Source: Candidatus Methylomirabilis oxygeniifera
GTDB taxonomy: Bacteria > Methylomirabilota > Methylomirabilia > Methylomirabilales > Methylomirabilaceae
Assembly (NCBI GenBank): GCA_000091165.1
Contig: FP565575.1
Span: 570,001-602,000, forward strand
Length of the DNA stretch: 32,000 nucleotides
Direction of reading: 5' to 3'
In this document: piece by piece, positions 1 to 13,555 of the stretch
Numbering within the stretch: the stretch's first letter is position 1
Layout of the letters: each line of letters begins with the position of its first letter
Notes under the pieces: model-generated
The model's database searches: none
What the model was told of the DNA's origin: nothing
What the model saw: only the letters and a program-made list of their open reading frames with translations
Translations under genes and position numbers: made by a program

Positions 1-35
1 TACCGGAGTTGATAGGTCACGCAACGCGTGAGGTG

Positions 36-77
36 TCATTGCGAGGCTCCGACACGTCGGGGTCGAAGCAATCTCGC
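36..77. repeat. Dispersed repeat of the 'TCATTGCGAG...GAAGCAATCTC' type
   Basis: tcattgcgaggctccgacacgtcggggtcgaagcaatctc shares both termini with the inverted copies at 7606-7710. Confidence 0.6.
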
Positions 78-125
78 TGACGAATGCAACACATGAGGTG
101 TCGGCGCGGTACGTCCTATTTTCGC

Positions 126-155
126 TTGTTTTGATCTATTTTGACGTGGTATAAA
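126..155 (+). promoter_or_regulatory. Possible sigma70-like promoter upstream of rpsB operon
   Basis: ttgttt - 18 nt - tataaa; good -10, weak -35. Confidence 0.35.
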
Positions 156-319
156 TGCAGGGCGTTAGCGGGTGAGAGAACTCGCATCAACTTCACACGC
201 CCCCCGATTCCTACGAGGGTGCCCCTACCGGCTGTGTAGGGGTCTCGCAGGGAGGTGACGAGGGCGGAGGACACAACCCAGAGGGCTGCGCGGAACGGTC
301 AGCCGAACGGAGGAGCAGT

Positions 320-1108
320 GTGGTAACGGTTACGATTAAGGAGCTGTTGGAAGCAGGGATCCATTTTGGGCATCAGACCAAGCGCTGGAACCCAAAGATG
401 AAGAAATTTCTCTTTGGAGAACAGAACGGTATCTACATCATCGATTTGCAAAAAACCTTGAAGAAATTTCATGAAGCGATTGCGTTTGTGAGGGATGTGG
501 CAGAACAAGGCCTGCCGGTCGTGTTTGTCGGAACAAAAAAACAGGCCGCTGATGTGATGGAGCAGGAGGCCAATCGCTGCGAGCAATTCTTTGTGAACCA
601 TCGTTGGCTGGGTGGGACCCTCACCAACTTCCAGACGATCAGGAAGAGCGTAGGCCGGCTGCGCCATATTGAAGAAATGGAGGCCAAGGGCGAATGCGAG
701 CGTCTGACGAAGAAGGAGATTGCGGGGCTGCAGCGGGAGCGTCAGAAGCTTGAATATACCTTAGGCGGTATCAAGGGGATGGAACGGTTGCCGGGTGCAA
801 TCTTTGTGATCGATACCAAGAAGGAGCGGATCGCCGTATGCGAGGCCAGGCGCCTTGGTATTCCGGTTGTTGCCGTTGTGGACACCAACTGCGATCCCGA
901 CGAGGTGGATTATCCGATTCCTGGTAATGACGACGCGATTCGAGCCATTCGACTGATGGCGGGTCGTATGGCCGACGTCATCCAGGAGAGCCGAGCCGCA
1001 CGGATGAAGGCTGCCGAGGATATGGCGGCGGCTCAGGCCGAATCAGCCCCTTCATCAGAGGACATGGGCCCGACCGAAGCGCCACTGGAGATCCTCCAAC
1101 AGATCTAA
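320..1108 (+). CDS. rpsB: 30S ribosomal protein S2
   Basis: ORF with GTG start and upstream aggag; protein [43 protein letters not shown] is a classic S2 N-terminus; followed by tsf. Confidence 0.98.
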   Translation: MVTVTIKELLEAGIHFGHQTKRWNPKMKKFLFGEQNGIYIIDLQKTLKKFHEAIAFVRDVAEQGLPVVFVGTKKQAADVMEQEANRCEQFFVNHRWLGGTLTNFQTIRKSVGRLRHIEEMEAKGECERLTKKEIAGLQRERQKLEYTLGGIKGMERLPGAIFVIDTKKERIAVCEARRLGIPVVAVVDTNCDPDEVDYPIPGNDDAIRAIRLMAGRMADVIQESRAARMKAAEDMAAAQAESAPSSEDMGPTEAPLEILQQI

Positions 1109-1228
1109 GATCCGGCAAAGCGATTCGCTTTAAGTGGAAAAGGCTGAAGGTTGTTCGGTAGTTCTCCTTCAGTCTTCAGTCTAAACGCCTAACTGCTGAG
1201 CGCTATTTTCCAAGGAAAGAGGATAAGG

Positions 1229-3172
<1,944 letters not shown>

Positions 3173-3183
3173 GGGCTGTCGGC

Positions 3184-3221
3184 GGTCAGCTATGAGCTGA
3201 TAGCTGAAAGCTGATCGCTGC
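3184..3221. repeat. Short palindrome-like repeat, 'AGCTGATAGCTGAAAGCTGATCGCTG' family
   Basis: ggtcagctatgagctgatagctgaaagctgatcgctgc; related sequence recurs at 25397-25426 and 25531-25554, partially at 19847-19880. Confidence 0.55.
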
Positions 3222-3226
3222 ATTCT

Positions 3227-4030
3227 ATGCATCTGAAAAGAATCCTCAGCGCTGCTGTCCTCCTTCCAGCCTTCCTCCTGCTGGTTCAGTTCGGAACTGC
3301 CCTTCACTTCTTCCTGCTTGTCGCGCTTGCCATCCTGGTTGGGCTGTACGAATTCTACGGGATGGCAAAGGCCGGCGGTTGGCATCCGTTAACGCCCCTG
3401 GGGATGGGGTGCGGTGTGGCGCTGAGTTGTGTAGAGTTTTTCGAGGCGCCGGCGCCATGGCTGATATCGGCTCTGAGTGGGGTGGTTCTCGTCCTGCTTA
3501 CCAGCCTCATGGTGGGAGGAACAGACCAGAAAGAGGCGGCCTCGCGAGGAGCAGTGACGCTGCTCGGCCTGATCTATGTCGCGGGGTTGATGAGCTTTCC
3601 GGCGCTCCTGCGAGCCATGGAGCCGGGGCGTACCTACATCTTATATCTGGTGTTGGTCACGTGGGCAGGCGACACCGGGGCCTTCTATGTGGGCTCAACG
3701 ATGGGGAAGCGATTGCTCTGCCCCTCGGTGAGTCCGCGCAAAACCGTAGAAGGAAGCGTAGGCGGACTTCTCTGTTCAGTGTTGGCGTCCGGCATAGCCA
3801 AGTTGTGGTTCTGGGAGGGGCTTGGGGCCGTTGAGGTTGTTGCGATGGGATTAGGGCTGGGTGTGATGGGCCAGATCGGGGACCTGTGCGAATCGATGCT
3901 GAAACGAAGTTTCGGGGTCAAGGATACCGGTGCGCTGATCCCCGGCCACGGTGGTCTGCTGGATCGCGTCGATAGTCTCCTGTTCACCGGGCCGGTCCTG
4001 TACGTCGCCGCCCTCGCGGGCTGGGTATGA
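3227..4030 (+). CDS. cdsA: Phosphatidate cytidylyltransferase
   Basis: Multi-TM protein with the C-terminal CdsA signature SPRKTVEGSVGG...GQIGDLCESMLKRSFGVKDTGALIPGHGGLLDRVDSLLFTGP. Confidence 0.95.
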   Translation: MHLKRILSAAVLLPAFLLLVQFGTALHFFLLVALAILVGLYEFYGMAKAGGWHPLTPLGMGCGVALSCVEFFEAPAPWLISALSGVVLVLLTSLMVGGTDQKEAASRGAVTLLGLIYVAGLMSFPALLRAMEPGRTYILYLVLVTWAGDTGAFYVGSTMGKRLLCPSVSPRKTVEGSVGGLLCSVLASGIAKLWFWEGLGAVEVVAMGLGLGVMGQIGDLCESMLKRSFGVKDTGALIPGHGGLLDRVDSLLFTGPVLYVAALAGWV

Positions 4031-5607
4031 TGTCGGTCTTTCTGGCTGCGTTGTCGGGAGGACTCCTCATCCTGGCGTTTCCGACGCCCGACCTTGGATG
4101 GCTCGCGTTCGTGGCCCTGGTCCCGTTACTGTTGGCGATCCGTGGCCGGACCCCGGTTCGAGCCTTCTATCTGGGGACGTGTGCAGGACTACTCTTTTAT
4201 CTGGTCAGTGTCTCCTGGGTAACGAATTCGATGACGGCGTACGGCGGCGTACCGTTCGCTCTCAGTGCGCTGGCGCTGCTCGTCCTGGCCGCATACCTCG
4301 CGCTCTACCTTGGTCTGTTCGCCATGGGCGCCGCGTGGATGGCGAGGATGCCGTGGCCCCTTAACCTGCTCGCCCCTTCGGCCTTATGGATCGGCTTGGA
4401 GTACCTGCGGACCTATGCGCTGACCGGATTGCCCTGGATCCTCCTGGGGTATACGCAATATCGGAACAGTGCGCTTCTGCCGATTGCCTCGGTTGCCGGG
4501 GTATACGGCCTGTCGTTTATCGTGGTCCTCATCAATATCGCCCTGGCGCAACTGGCTGGAGGCGCGCCGAACCGTCTTCACACGATCGGCGTGGCCGGCG
4601 CGGTTGCTCTGATCCTGGTCTGGTCGCCCAGACTCCTTTCCCCTGCTTCGACCACGCTCAGTGCAGGGCCTTCTCTGTCTGAGAATTCAGGGCAGAGACT
4701 GAGCGTTGCCGTTGTGCAAGGGAACATCGATCAGGCGGTGAAGTGGGACCAGGCGATGCAGGCCGCTACGATTGAGCAGTATCGCCGCCTCAGTCTGGAG
4801 GCGGCAAAGGAGGCCCCCGCCCTTATCGTATGGCCCGAAACGGCCGTTCCGTTCTTTTTTCGATATGAACCGGCGTTGATGGGCCGCGTCTTGGACATCG
4901 CGGCTGAGACCGGCAGCTATCTCCTGGTAGGCAGTCCGGATGCGGAGCCGCCCGCAGGCGCCGATACCCCGACGCGGTATCGCAATAGCGCGTTTCTGAT
5001 CTCTCCCCGGCGGGAACTCCTCAACAAGTACGACAAGATCCATATGGTGCCTTTTGGGGAGTACGTCCCGCTCAAATCGATCCTGTTCTTTGTCAACAAG
5101 TTGGCGTACGGAATCGGTGATTTCGAAGGGGGCCAAACCTACACCGTGTTTGATACCCCCGGCGGACGTTTTAGTGCCACCATTTGCTACGAGGTAATTT
5201 TTCCGGATCAGGTTCGACGCTACGTGAAAGACGGGGCGGAGTTCCTGGTCAATATGACGAACGATGCCTGGTTCGGTCGGTCGGCTGCCCCGGCGCAGCA
5301 TCTGGCGATGGCCGTCCTTCGGGCGGTCGAGAACCGCCGCTATCTGATCCGAGCGGCCAATACGGGTATTTCCGCTATTGTGGATTCCAGTGGCCGGATC
5401 CTTCGTACCTCGGATATCTTTGTGCCGGCCGTGATTGTAGATCAGATTCACGTCGAGCGAACGCAGACGTTTTATACCCGTTATGGCGATCTCTTTGCAT
5501 GGATCTGTGTCATCTTTATTGCTGCAGTATTCATAGCCACGTGGGCCAGAAGCACGGTAAGAATGGCTTCGGTGCCTGCTGCGACTTCACAAAGGAGGAT
5601 GCGATGA
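4027..5607 (+). CDS. lnt: Apolipoprotein N-acyltransferase
   Basis: Hydrophobic N-terminus plus C-N hydrolase domain: VWPETAVPFFF, YDKIHMVPFGEYVP, ATICYEVIFPD (E-K-C catalytic residues). ATGA overlap with cdsA. Confidence 0.95.
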   Translation: MMSVFLAALSGGLLILAFPTPDLGWLAFVALVPLLLAIRGRTPVRAFYLGTCAGLLFYLVSVSWVTNSMTAYGGVPFALSALALLVLAAYLALYLGLFAMGAAWMARMPWPLNLLAPSALWIGLEYLRTYALTGLPWILLGYTQYRNSALLPIASVAGVYGLSFIVVLINIALAQLAGGAPNRLHTIGVAGAVALILVWSPRLLSPASTTLSAGPSLSENSGQRLSVAVVQGNIDQAVKWDQAMQAATIEQYRRLSLEAAKEAPALIVWPETAVPFFFRYEPALMGRVLDIAAETGSYLLVGSPDAEPPAGADTPTRYRNSAFLISPRRELLNKYDKIHMVPFGEYVPLKSILFFVNKLAYGIGDFEGGQTYTVFDTPGGRFSATICYEVIFPDQVRRYVKDGAEFLVNMTNDAWFGRSAAPAQHLAMAVLRAVENRRYLIRAANTGISAIVDSSGRILRTSDIFVPAVIVDQIHVERTQTFYTRYGDLFAWICVIFIAAVFIATWARSTVRMASVPAATSQRRMR

Positions 5608-6720
5608 TTGCGGAATGTGCGCGCACACTCGATGGTCTGAAGGACAAGTTGCATATCCTCCGGGACTATCTTTGACGTAGCAGGAAAACAGTCGCGTCTG
5701 GCCGCGATCGAAGAGATGCTCCATTCACAGGAATTCTGGGCCGACACCTCCCGCGCCCGGGAGATCATGAAGGAGCAACGCGCGCTCAAGGATGTGGTCG
5801 ACCAACTGGTAGCCATCGGGGGCGAGCTTGACGATCTGGCGGTCTTGCTCGGACTACTGCGAGAGGAAGAAGACCCGCAGGCTCTGAAAGAGTTGGAAAG
5901 TTCGCTGCGAAGCCTGGAGGGTCAGATTGGCGCGCTCGAGCTGACCACGTTTATGGCGGAAGAATACGACTCGGGCAACGCGATCCTCTCCATCAATCCG
6001 GGCGCCGGCGGCACCGAGTCGCAGGATTGGGCGCAGATGCTGCTGCGAATGTACCTGCGATGGGCGGAGACCGGCAGCTACAAGACCGAAATCATCGACC
6101 TACTTCCTGCGGAGGAGGCCGGGATCAAGAGCGCCACGGTGACGGTATCCGGCAAGTACGCGTATGGTCGCCTGAAGGCTGAGATTGGGGTCCACCGCCT
6201 GGTCCGCATCTCGCCGTTCGATGCCAATCACCGCCGGCACACCTCCTTTGCGTCGGTCTTCGTCTACCCGGAGATCGATGAGACCATCGACGTGGCGATC
6301 GACGACAAGGACCTGCGCATCGACACCTACCGCTCCAGCGGGGCAGGCGGGCAGCATGTCAACGTCACTGACTCAGCAGTTCGGATCACGCACCTGCCGA
6401 CAAACATCGTGGTCTCCTGCCAGAATGAGCGGTCGCAGCACAAGAATAAGGCCATGGCCATGAAGGTCCTGCGCGCCAGGCTGTACGACCACTATCGTCG
6501 GGAGCAGGAGAAGGAAATGGCCAAGCTCGAAGGCGAAAAGAAGGACATTGCGTGGGGCAGCCAAATTCGTTCCTACGTCCTCGCTCCATACCAACTCGTG
6601 AAGGACCATCGGACAGGGCTGGAGACCTCCAATGTCGATAAGGTCCTGGATGGAGAGATCGAGCCGTTCATCGATGCGTTTCTCATGAGAGGCCGAATCT
6701 CGCCCGGCGCTGCGAAGTGA
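5604..6720 (+). CDS. prfB: Peptide chain release factor 2, with +1 programmed frameshift at the in-frame TGA at 5673-5675
   Basis: Start ATG 5604 (SD aaaggagg 5591-5598), zero frame ends ...LRDYL-TGA. +1 shift at CTT TGA C continues DVAGKQSRLAAIEEMLHSQEFWADTSRAREI... into the 5716-6720 ORF, which has RF2 motifs (GAGGTESQDW, RSSGAGGQHVNVTDSAVRITH). Confidence 0.96.
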
Positions 6721-6741
6721 GCGTTGGTCATGGATTGAGCG

Positions 6742-7089
6742 GTGTACTACCTGACGAAACTGATTGTTACCTGCACACTGATTGTCGCCGTCTCCGAGGT
6801 GGCCAAGCGAAGTTCCCTCGTGGCAGCGGTGTTGGCCTCGCTTCCGATCGTCTCGGTCTTGGCCATCATCTGGCTGTATCTGGACACGCGAGACGTTGAC
6901 AAGGTGGCAGGGCTTGCGCGCAGCATCTTCTGGCTGGTCATTCCCTCGCTGCTGCTGTTTGTCAGTCTGCCGATCCTCCTGCGCAGCGGCGTGAACTTCT
7001 ATGTCGGTCTTTCCGTCTCCATCGGCCTGACCTTGGCCGGCTATTTCCTGATGATGTTGGTCCTACAAAAACTGGGGGTCCAGCTCTAA
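6742..7089 (+). CDS. Small integral membrane protein, DUF3147-like
   Basis: 115 aa, about 4 hydrophobic segments, GTG start; VAEVAKRSSLVAAVLASLPIVSVLAIIWLYLDT resembles DUF3147. Confidence 0.7.
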   Translation: MYYLTKLIVTCTLIVAVSEVAKRSSLVAAVLASLPIVSVLAIIWLYLDTRDVDKVAGLARSIFWLVIPSLLLFVSLPILLRSGVNFYVGLSVSIGLTLAGYFLMMLVLQKLGVQL

Positions 7090-7153
7090 GCCTGCGTATG
7101 AGGGCAGGTGAAAAGTAGCCTGTTTGCTTTTTCTTTGCATGGGAGAACCCTGT

Positions 7154-7495
7154 ATGCCGGTTATTCTTCGTACGGGGCTGTTGCTCGCGCTTTCCAACAT
7201 CTTTATGACATTCGCGTGGTACGGCCACCTGAAAAACCTGAACCATCACAGGTGGTACGTTGCCGCGTTGGCGAGTTGGGGTATCGCGTTATTTGAGTAT
7301 ATGCTCCAGGTGCCCGCGAATCGGATCGGCTATACGCAACTGAGCATCTCGCAGCTCAAGATCATGCAGGAAGTCATTGCGTTGGCTGTATTTGCGCCGT
7401 TCGCCGTTGTCTATATGGACCAGCCGCTCAAGCTTGATTATCTTTGGGCGGCATTGTGTCTGCTCGGCGCGGTCTACTTCATCTTTCGCGCATAA
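7154..7495 (+). CDS. DMT-like small membrane protein, DUF486 family
   Basis: LALSNIFMTFAWYGHLKNL...WGIALFEYMLQVPANRIGY...LKIMQEVIAL is typical of DUF486; ATG at 7154 preferred over the track's 7124 start. Confidence 0.85.
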   Translation: MPVILRTGLLLALSNIFMTFAWYGHLKNLNHHRWYVAALASWGIALFEYMLQVPANRIGYTQLSISQLKIMQEVIALAVFAPFAVVYMDQPLKLDYLWAALCLLGAVYFIFRA

Positions 7496-7605
7496 TCCCG
7501 ACGTACCGTTTTTGGGAAACAAGGTAATGTTCTAATGTACTTGTAGTTCTCGTCGAGAGATCGGTCCGGTAACGTTGTCATTGCCCAGAAAGTCCCCCTC
7601 GCAGG

Positions 7606-7710
7606 TCATTGCGAGGGAGCGCAGCGGATCGACGCAATCTCACAGTCGTTGGGGCGCATAGAGTCGCCGGGAAAGACAGTGAGATTGCGTCGCCTTTGGC
7701 TCGCAATGAC
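7606..7710. repeat. Inverted pair of TCATTGCGAG...GACGCAATCTCAC repeats
   Basis: Left arm 7606-7643 tcattgcgagggagcgcagcggatcgacgcaatctcac; right arm 7679-7710 gtgagattgcgtcgcctttggctcgcaatgac is its imperfect reverse complement. Confidence 0.8.
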
Positions 7711-7789
7711 GTGTAAAAAGGGATTTGTGAGCCAGTGACACTTCCTCCAGCGGGTGTCAATTAGGACAGTACCGGGGAATGAAAAACGC

Positions 7790-7819
7790 TTGACACCTGC
7801 CCTTCGTTTTTGGTATAAA
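7790..7819 (+). promoter_or_regulatory. sigma70-like promoter upstream of M23 peptidase
   Basis: TTGACA - 18 nt - TATAAA, close to consensus. Confidence 0.6.
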
Positions 7820-7893
7820 AGTTCGATTTCCCCTCCCGGCTCATCGGTTGTTCGTAGTTCGTGGCAGAAACAGACTGGAAAGGATTCGGCTCG

Positions 7894-8859
7894 ATGGCGA
7901 AGAAGTTTTATACCGTCCTTGTCCTTCCCGATGCCGGTTCTCAGATTCGAAAGTTTCACATCGCCAAACCCCTCCTTCGCGCGCTTGCCGTCACCGCGAG
8001 TCTCATTTTCGTCGCCTTTCTGTTTCTCATCTATCAGACGGTCAGCAACACTGGGCACCTACTGGAGCTCCGTCAGCTTCGGACGACAGCAAGCGAGCAG
8101 GGTGACTTGTTGCAGAAGTTTGAACGCCTCGAAGATCAAATGACCCAGCTCCGGGAATTCGACGTCCGTTTGCGTACGGCGGCCGGTCTGGAGGTAAAGA
8201 GTGCGGAGAGTTCGATGGTTGGCGTGGGCGGGGCGGATACCTTGAGTTCGCGCGCGCTGATGGTGGCGGCTCTCGCTCATCAAACCCTACCTGCCGGCTC
8301 TTCAACAAAAATCGGGGTTGACAATCTTGGCGGCGAGCTTGATCGCTTAAGCCGCGAGATGAATGATCGTAATAAGAGCTTTCAGGGTCTGATTGGGGCG
8401 CTCGAGGCAAAGCGGAGCCTCCTGGCCTCTACTCCGACGATCTGGCCGGTTAAAGGGTGGCTTACGGCCGGGTTCGGGCAGCGTCGCTCGCCCTTCACCG
8501 GACAACGGCAGATGCATGAAGGGGTCGATATCTCGAACAGCGTCGGTACGCCGATCATCGCCCCTGCCGATGGGGTCGTGACGTATACGGGTCCGCTTGG
8601 CGGTTTCGGCAATGTGGTCTCGGTCAACCACGGCAACAAGATATCTACCTTCTATGCTCACTTACAGCAGCACAAGGTGTCGCAGGGTCAGCGAGTGAGA
8701 AGAGGAGACGTGATCGGTCTGGTGGGGACAACGGGCCGTGTGACCGGGCCTCACCTTCATTATGAGATTCAGGTAAACGAGGTGCCTGTTGATCCGACCA
8801 AGTATGTCATCGACCCGGAAACGGTGAAATTTCTCGGGAACGGTGAATCGGCCGAGTAG
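7894..8859 (+). CDS. M23-family murein peptidase / LysM-less lysostaphin-like endopeptidase with N-terminal TM and coiled coil
   Basis: FGQRRSPFTGQRQMHEGVDISNSVGTPIIAPADGVVTYTG...VNHGNKISTFYAHLQ...VTGPHLHYEI are M23 signatures. ATG 7894 preferred over the upstream GTG 7861. Confidence 0.92.
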   Translation: MAKKFYTVLVLPDAGSQIRKFHIAKPLLRALAVTASLIFVAFLFLIYQTVSNTGHLLELRQLRTTASEQGDLLQKFERLEDQMTQLREFDVRLRTAAGLEVKSAESSMVGVGGADTLSSRALMVAALAHQTLPAGSSTKIGVDNLGGELDRLSREMNDRNKSFQGLIGALEAKRSLLASTPTIWPVKGWLTAGFGQRRSPFTGQRQMHEGVDISNSVGTPIIAPADGVVTYTGPLGGFGNVVSVNHGNKISTFYAHLQQHKVSQGQRVRRGDVIGLVGTTGRVTGPHLHYEIQVNEVPVDPTKYVIDPETVKFLGNGESAE

Positions 8860-8921
8860 CGCTCGGACCTCTGCCTGTGCGTTGCAGGCAGACAGGTTGC
8901 CTGGTTGCAGAGTGTGGGAAT

Positions 8922-8957
8922 AACCCCTGGAGGAATCGGTCCTCCGGGGGTTTTTTG
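8922..8957 (+). terminator. Rho-independent terminator
   Basis: aacccctggagg-aatcggt-cctccgggggtt followed by tttt; strong hairpin and T-tract. Confidence 0.85.
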
Positions 8958-9052
8958 TCGCTGATCCGAAATCCCCGCCGATGTCCTGAAATGCCTTTCA
9001 ATTCCACATGTGAAAAGACGGGAACAGGGGAGATTTGTCCGCCGCTTTCGGA

Positions 9053-9081
9053 TTGAAGGCTTTCCGCTTCTATGGTAGTAT
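9053..9081 (+). promoter_or_regulatory. Possible secA promoter
   Basis: ttgaag - 17 nt - tagtat, 4/6 match in each box, about 40 bp before the ATG. Confidence 0.45.
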
Positions 9082-9122
9082 CCGCTTGAAAATCCGATCA
9101 TCCAGGAGGAGAGGGCTCAAAG

Positions 9123-11948
<2,826 letters not shown>

Positions 11949-11977
11949 CGGGAGAAGCGTACAGCGATCAGCGCCGA

Positions 11978-12025
11978 GATCCCCCCCAACCCCCCTTTGA
12001 TAAAGGGGGGCGCGGGGGGATTTTT
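11978..12025. repeat. C/G-rich palindromic repeat, copy 1 (secA-thiolase intergenic)
   Basis: gatcccccccaacccccctttgataaaggggggcgcgggggattttt; same architecture as copies at 25431, 25482, 29780 and 31622. Confidence 0.85.
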
Positions 12026-12078
12026 GGTAAAGCGGATGAAAGTGAGCGTAACGAGCGTGGGGAATCATCCTGCGTAAG

Positions 12079-13227
12079 GTGTCGGTCATCGGCATCGGAT
12101 GTACGCCGTTCGGGAAGCAGGACGGCGTCGGCATCGTTGACCTGACACTGCAGGCTTGCCGCGAGGCCATGGACGACGCTCACCTTCCTGGAAGACGCAT
12201 CGACGCATTCTACCTCGGCAACTTCGTCTCCGAGACGTTAGTCCATCAAGGGTCGCTGGCCCCGATTATCGCGCATCGGCTTGGTCTTGGTCCGATTCCC
12301 TGTACGAAGGTAGAAGGGGCCTGTGCCTCATCCGGTATTGCGTTCCGCCATGGAGTGCTGCTGATCGCATCGGGCCTGTGCGATATCGTGCTGGTTGCAG
12401 GTGTCGAGAAGATGACCTCTGCGGAGACGGGGGCGGTGACGGAGGCGCTGGCGTCGGCCGGCGACGCCGAGACCGAGATGCGGCTGGGCCTCACCTTTCC
12501 TGGAACCTTCGGAATCATCATGCGACGGCATATGCATCAGTACGGGACGACGCGCGAGCAGGTGGCTATGGTGTCGGTCAAGAATCGGTCCAACGGCAGC
12601 ACCAATCCAAAAGCCCACTTTCAGACGCCGGTGGCCATGGAGGAGATCCTGGAATCGCGGCTGATCTGCGATCCGATTCGACTGTATGACTGCACTCCGA
12701 TTAGCGACGGCGCCGCCGCGGCGGTCCTGTGCGCGACCGATCTGGCGGCTGAGTTCACCGATCGGCCGATCGATGTCATCGGTTCCGGTCACGCCACGGG
12801 TCCCGCGACGCTGTTCGAGATGGCGGACCTGACGACCTTTGAGGCGTCGGTAGCCGCCGGGCAGCAGGCCTACCGACAGGCCGGTCTCGGCCCTCGCGAT
12901 ATCGATGTGGCAGAGGTGCATGATTGCTTTACCATTGCCGAGATCGCGGCCATCGAAGATCTGGGATTCGTGGCAAAAGGGCAGGGGGGACCGGCCATCG
13001 CCGATGGGCTCACGGCGCTTCATGGGGCACTTCCAATCAACCCGAGCGGCGGCCTGCTGAGCAAGGGGCATCCGGTGGGCGCCACTGGTCTCGCCCAGAT
13101 CTATGAGATCGTCGCACAACTCCGTGGAGAGGCGATCAATCAGGTGAAGGATGCGGAGATCGGCCTGGCTCACAACCTCGGCGGGACCGGGGCGGTCAGT
13201 ACGGTCCACATCCTGACGCGGCGATAA
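12079..13227 (+). CDS. Thiolase-superfamily protein (archaeal-type/SCP-x-like acyl-CoA acyltransferase)
   Basis: Nucleophile region VEGACASSG, AEVHDCFTIAEI, GGLLSKGHPVGATGLAQ, HNLGGTGAVS. Start uncertain: frame extends upstream through RKVSVIGIG without an obvious ATG. Confidence 0.9.
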   Translation: MSVIGIGCTPFGKQDGVGIVDLTLQACREAMDDAHLPGRRIDAFYLGNFVSETLVHQGSLAPIIAHRLGLGPIPCTKVEGACASSGIAFRHGVLLIASGLCDIVLVAGVEKMTSAETGAVTEALASAGDAETEMRLGLTFPGTFGIIMRRHMHQYGTTREQVAMVSVKNRSNGSTNPKAHFQTPVAMEEILESRLICDPIRLYDCTPISDGAAAAVLCATDLAAEFTDRPIDVIGSGHATGPATLFEMADLTTFEASVAAGQQAYRQAGLGPRDIDVAEVHDCFTIAEIAAIEDLGFVAKGQGGPAIADGLTALHGALPINPSGGLLSKGHPVGATGLAQIYEIVAQLRGEAINQVKDAEIGLAHNLGGTGAVSTVHILTRR

Positions 13228-13229
13228 GG

Positions 13230-13553
13230 ATGGCCTCATTCGAGGCGTTTGCGTGCGGCGGCTGCAAGAGTCTGTTTGCGAGGCGTCACATCTGCTGTCG
13301 GCGCTGCGGGACGCCTACCGTCCTGCCGATCAGCTTGTCTGGTCGAGGGACGCTCACCTCCTTTACGACTATTCGGGTGCCGCCGACTGTCTTCCTGGGA
13401 CAGGATCCGTACGACATCGCGGTCATCGATCTGGATGAAGGGCTGCGGGTCACAGCCCGCCTTATGGTCCCGGAAGGACGAGAGGCGGCGATCGGCGATC
13501 CGGCGATCTTTGACGAGATGCTTTCGTATGGGCCGGTCTTTCGGCTGATCTAG
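13230..13553 (+). CDS. DUF35-type Zn-ribbon/OB-fold protein
   Basis: ACGGCKSLFARRHICCRRCG Zn-ribbon followed by G(R)GTLTSFTTIRVPP and an OB-like tail; immediately downstream of the thiolase. Confidence 0.85.
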   Translation: MASFEAFACGGCKSLFARRHICCRRCGTPTVLPISLSGRGTLTSFTTIRVPPTVFLGQDPYDIAVIDLDEGLRVTARLMVPEGREAAIGDPAIFDEMLSYGPVFRLI

Positions 13554-13555
13554 GA

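Noticed and set aside
5184-5675. 163-aa ORF listed as a separate gene
   Set aside because: Only its last part (from ATG 5604) is real, being the zero-frame portion of prfB; upstream part is an out-of-frame reading of lnt.
7755-7775. gggtgtcaattaggacagtacc, considered as an IS/transposon end
   Set aside because: Single occurrence in the window, no matching inverted partner or transposase.
11978-12025. C/G palindromes considered as simple Rho-independent terminators
   Set aside because: Copy 1 has a T-run and may terminate, but two-sided A/T flanks, the conserved nested layout and a coding copy argue for a repeat family rather than ordinary terminators.
12328-13239. 303-aa minus-strand ORF opposite the thiolase
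   Set aside because: Antisense to a well-supported thiolase gene and no recognisable motif.
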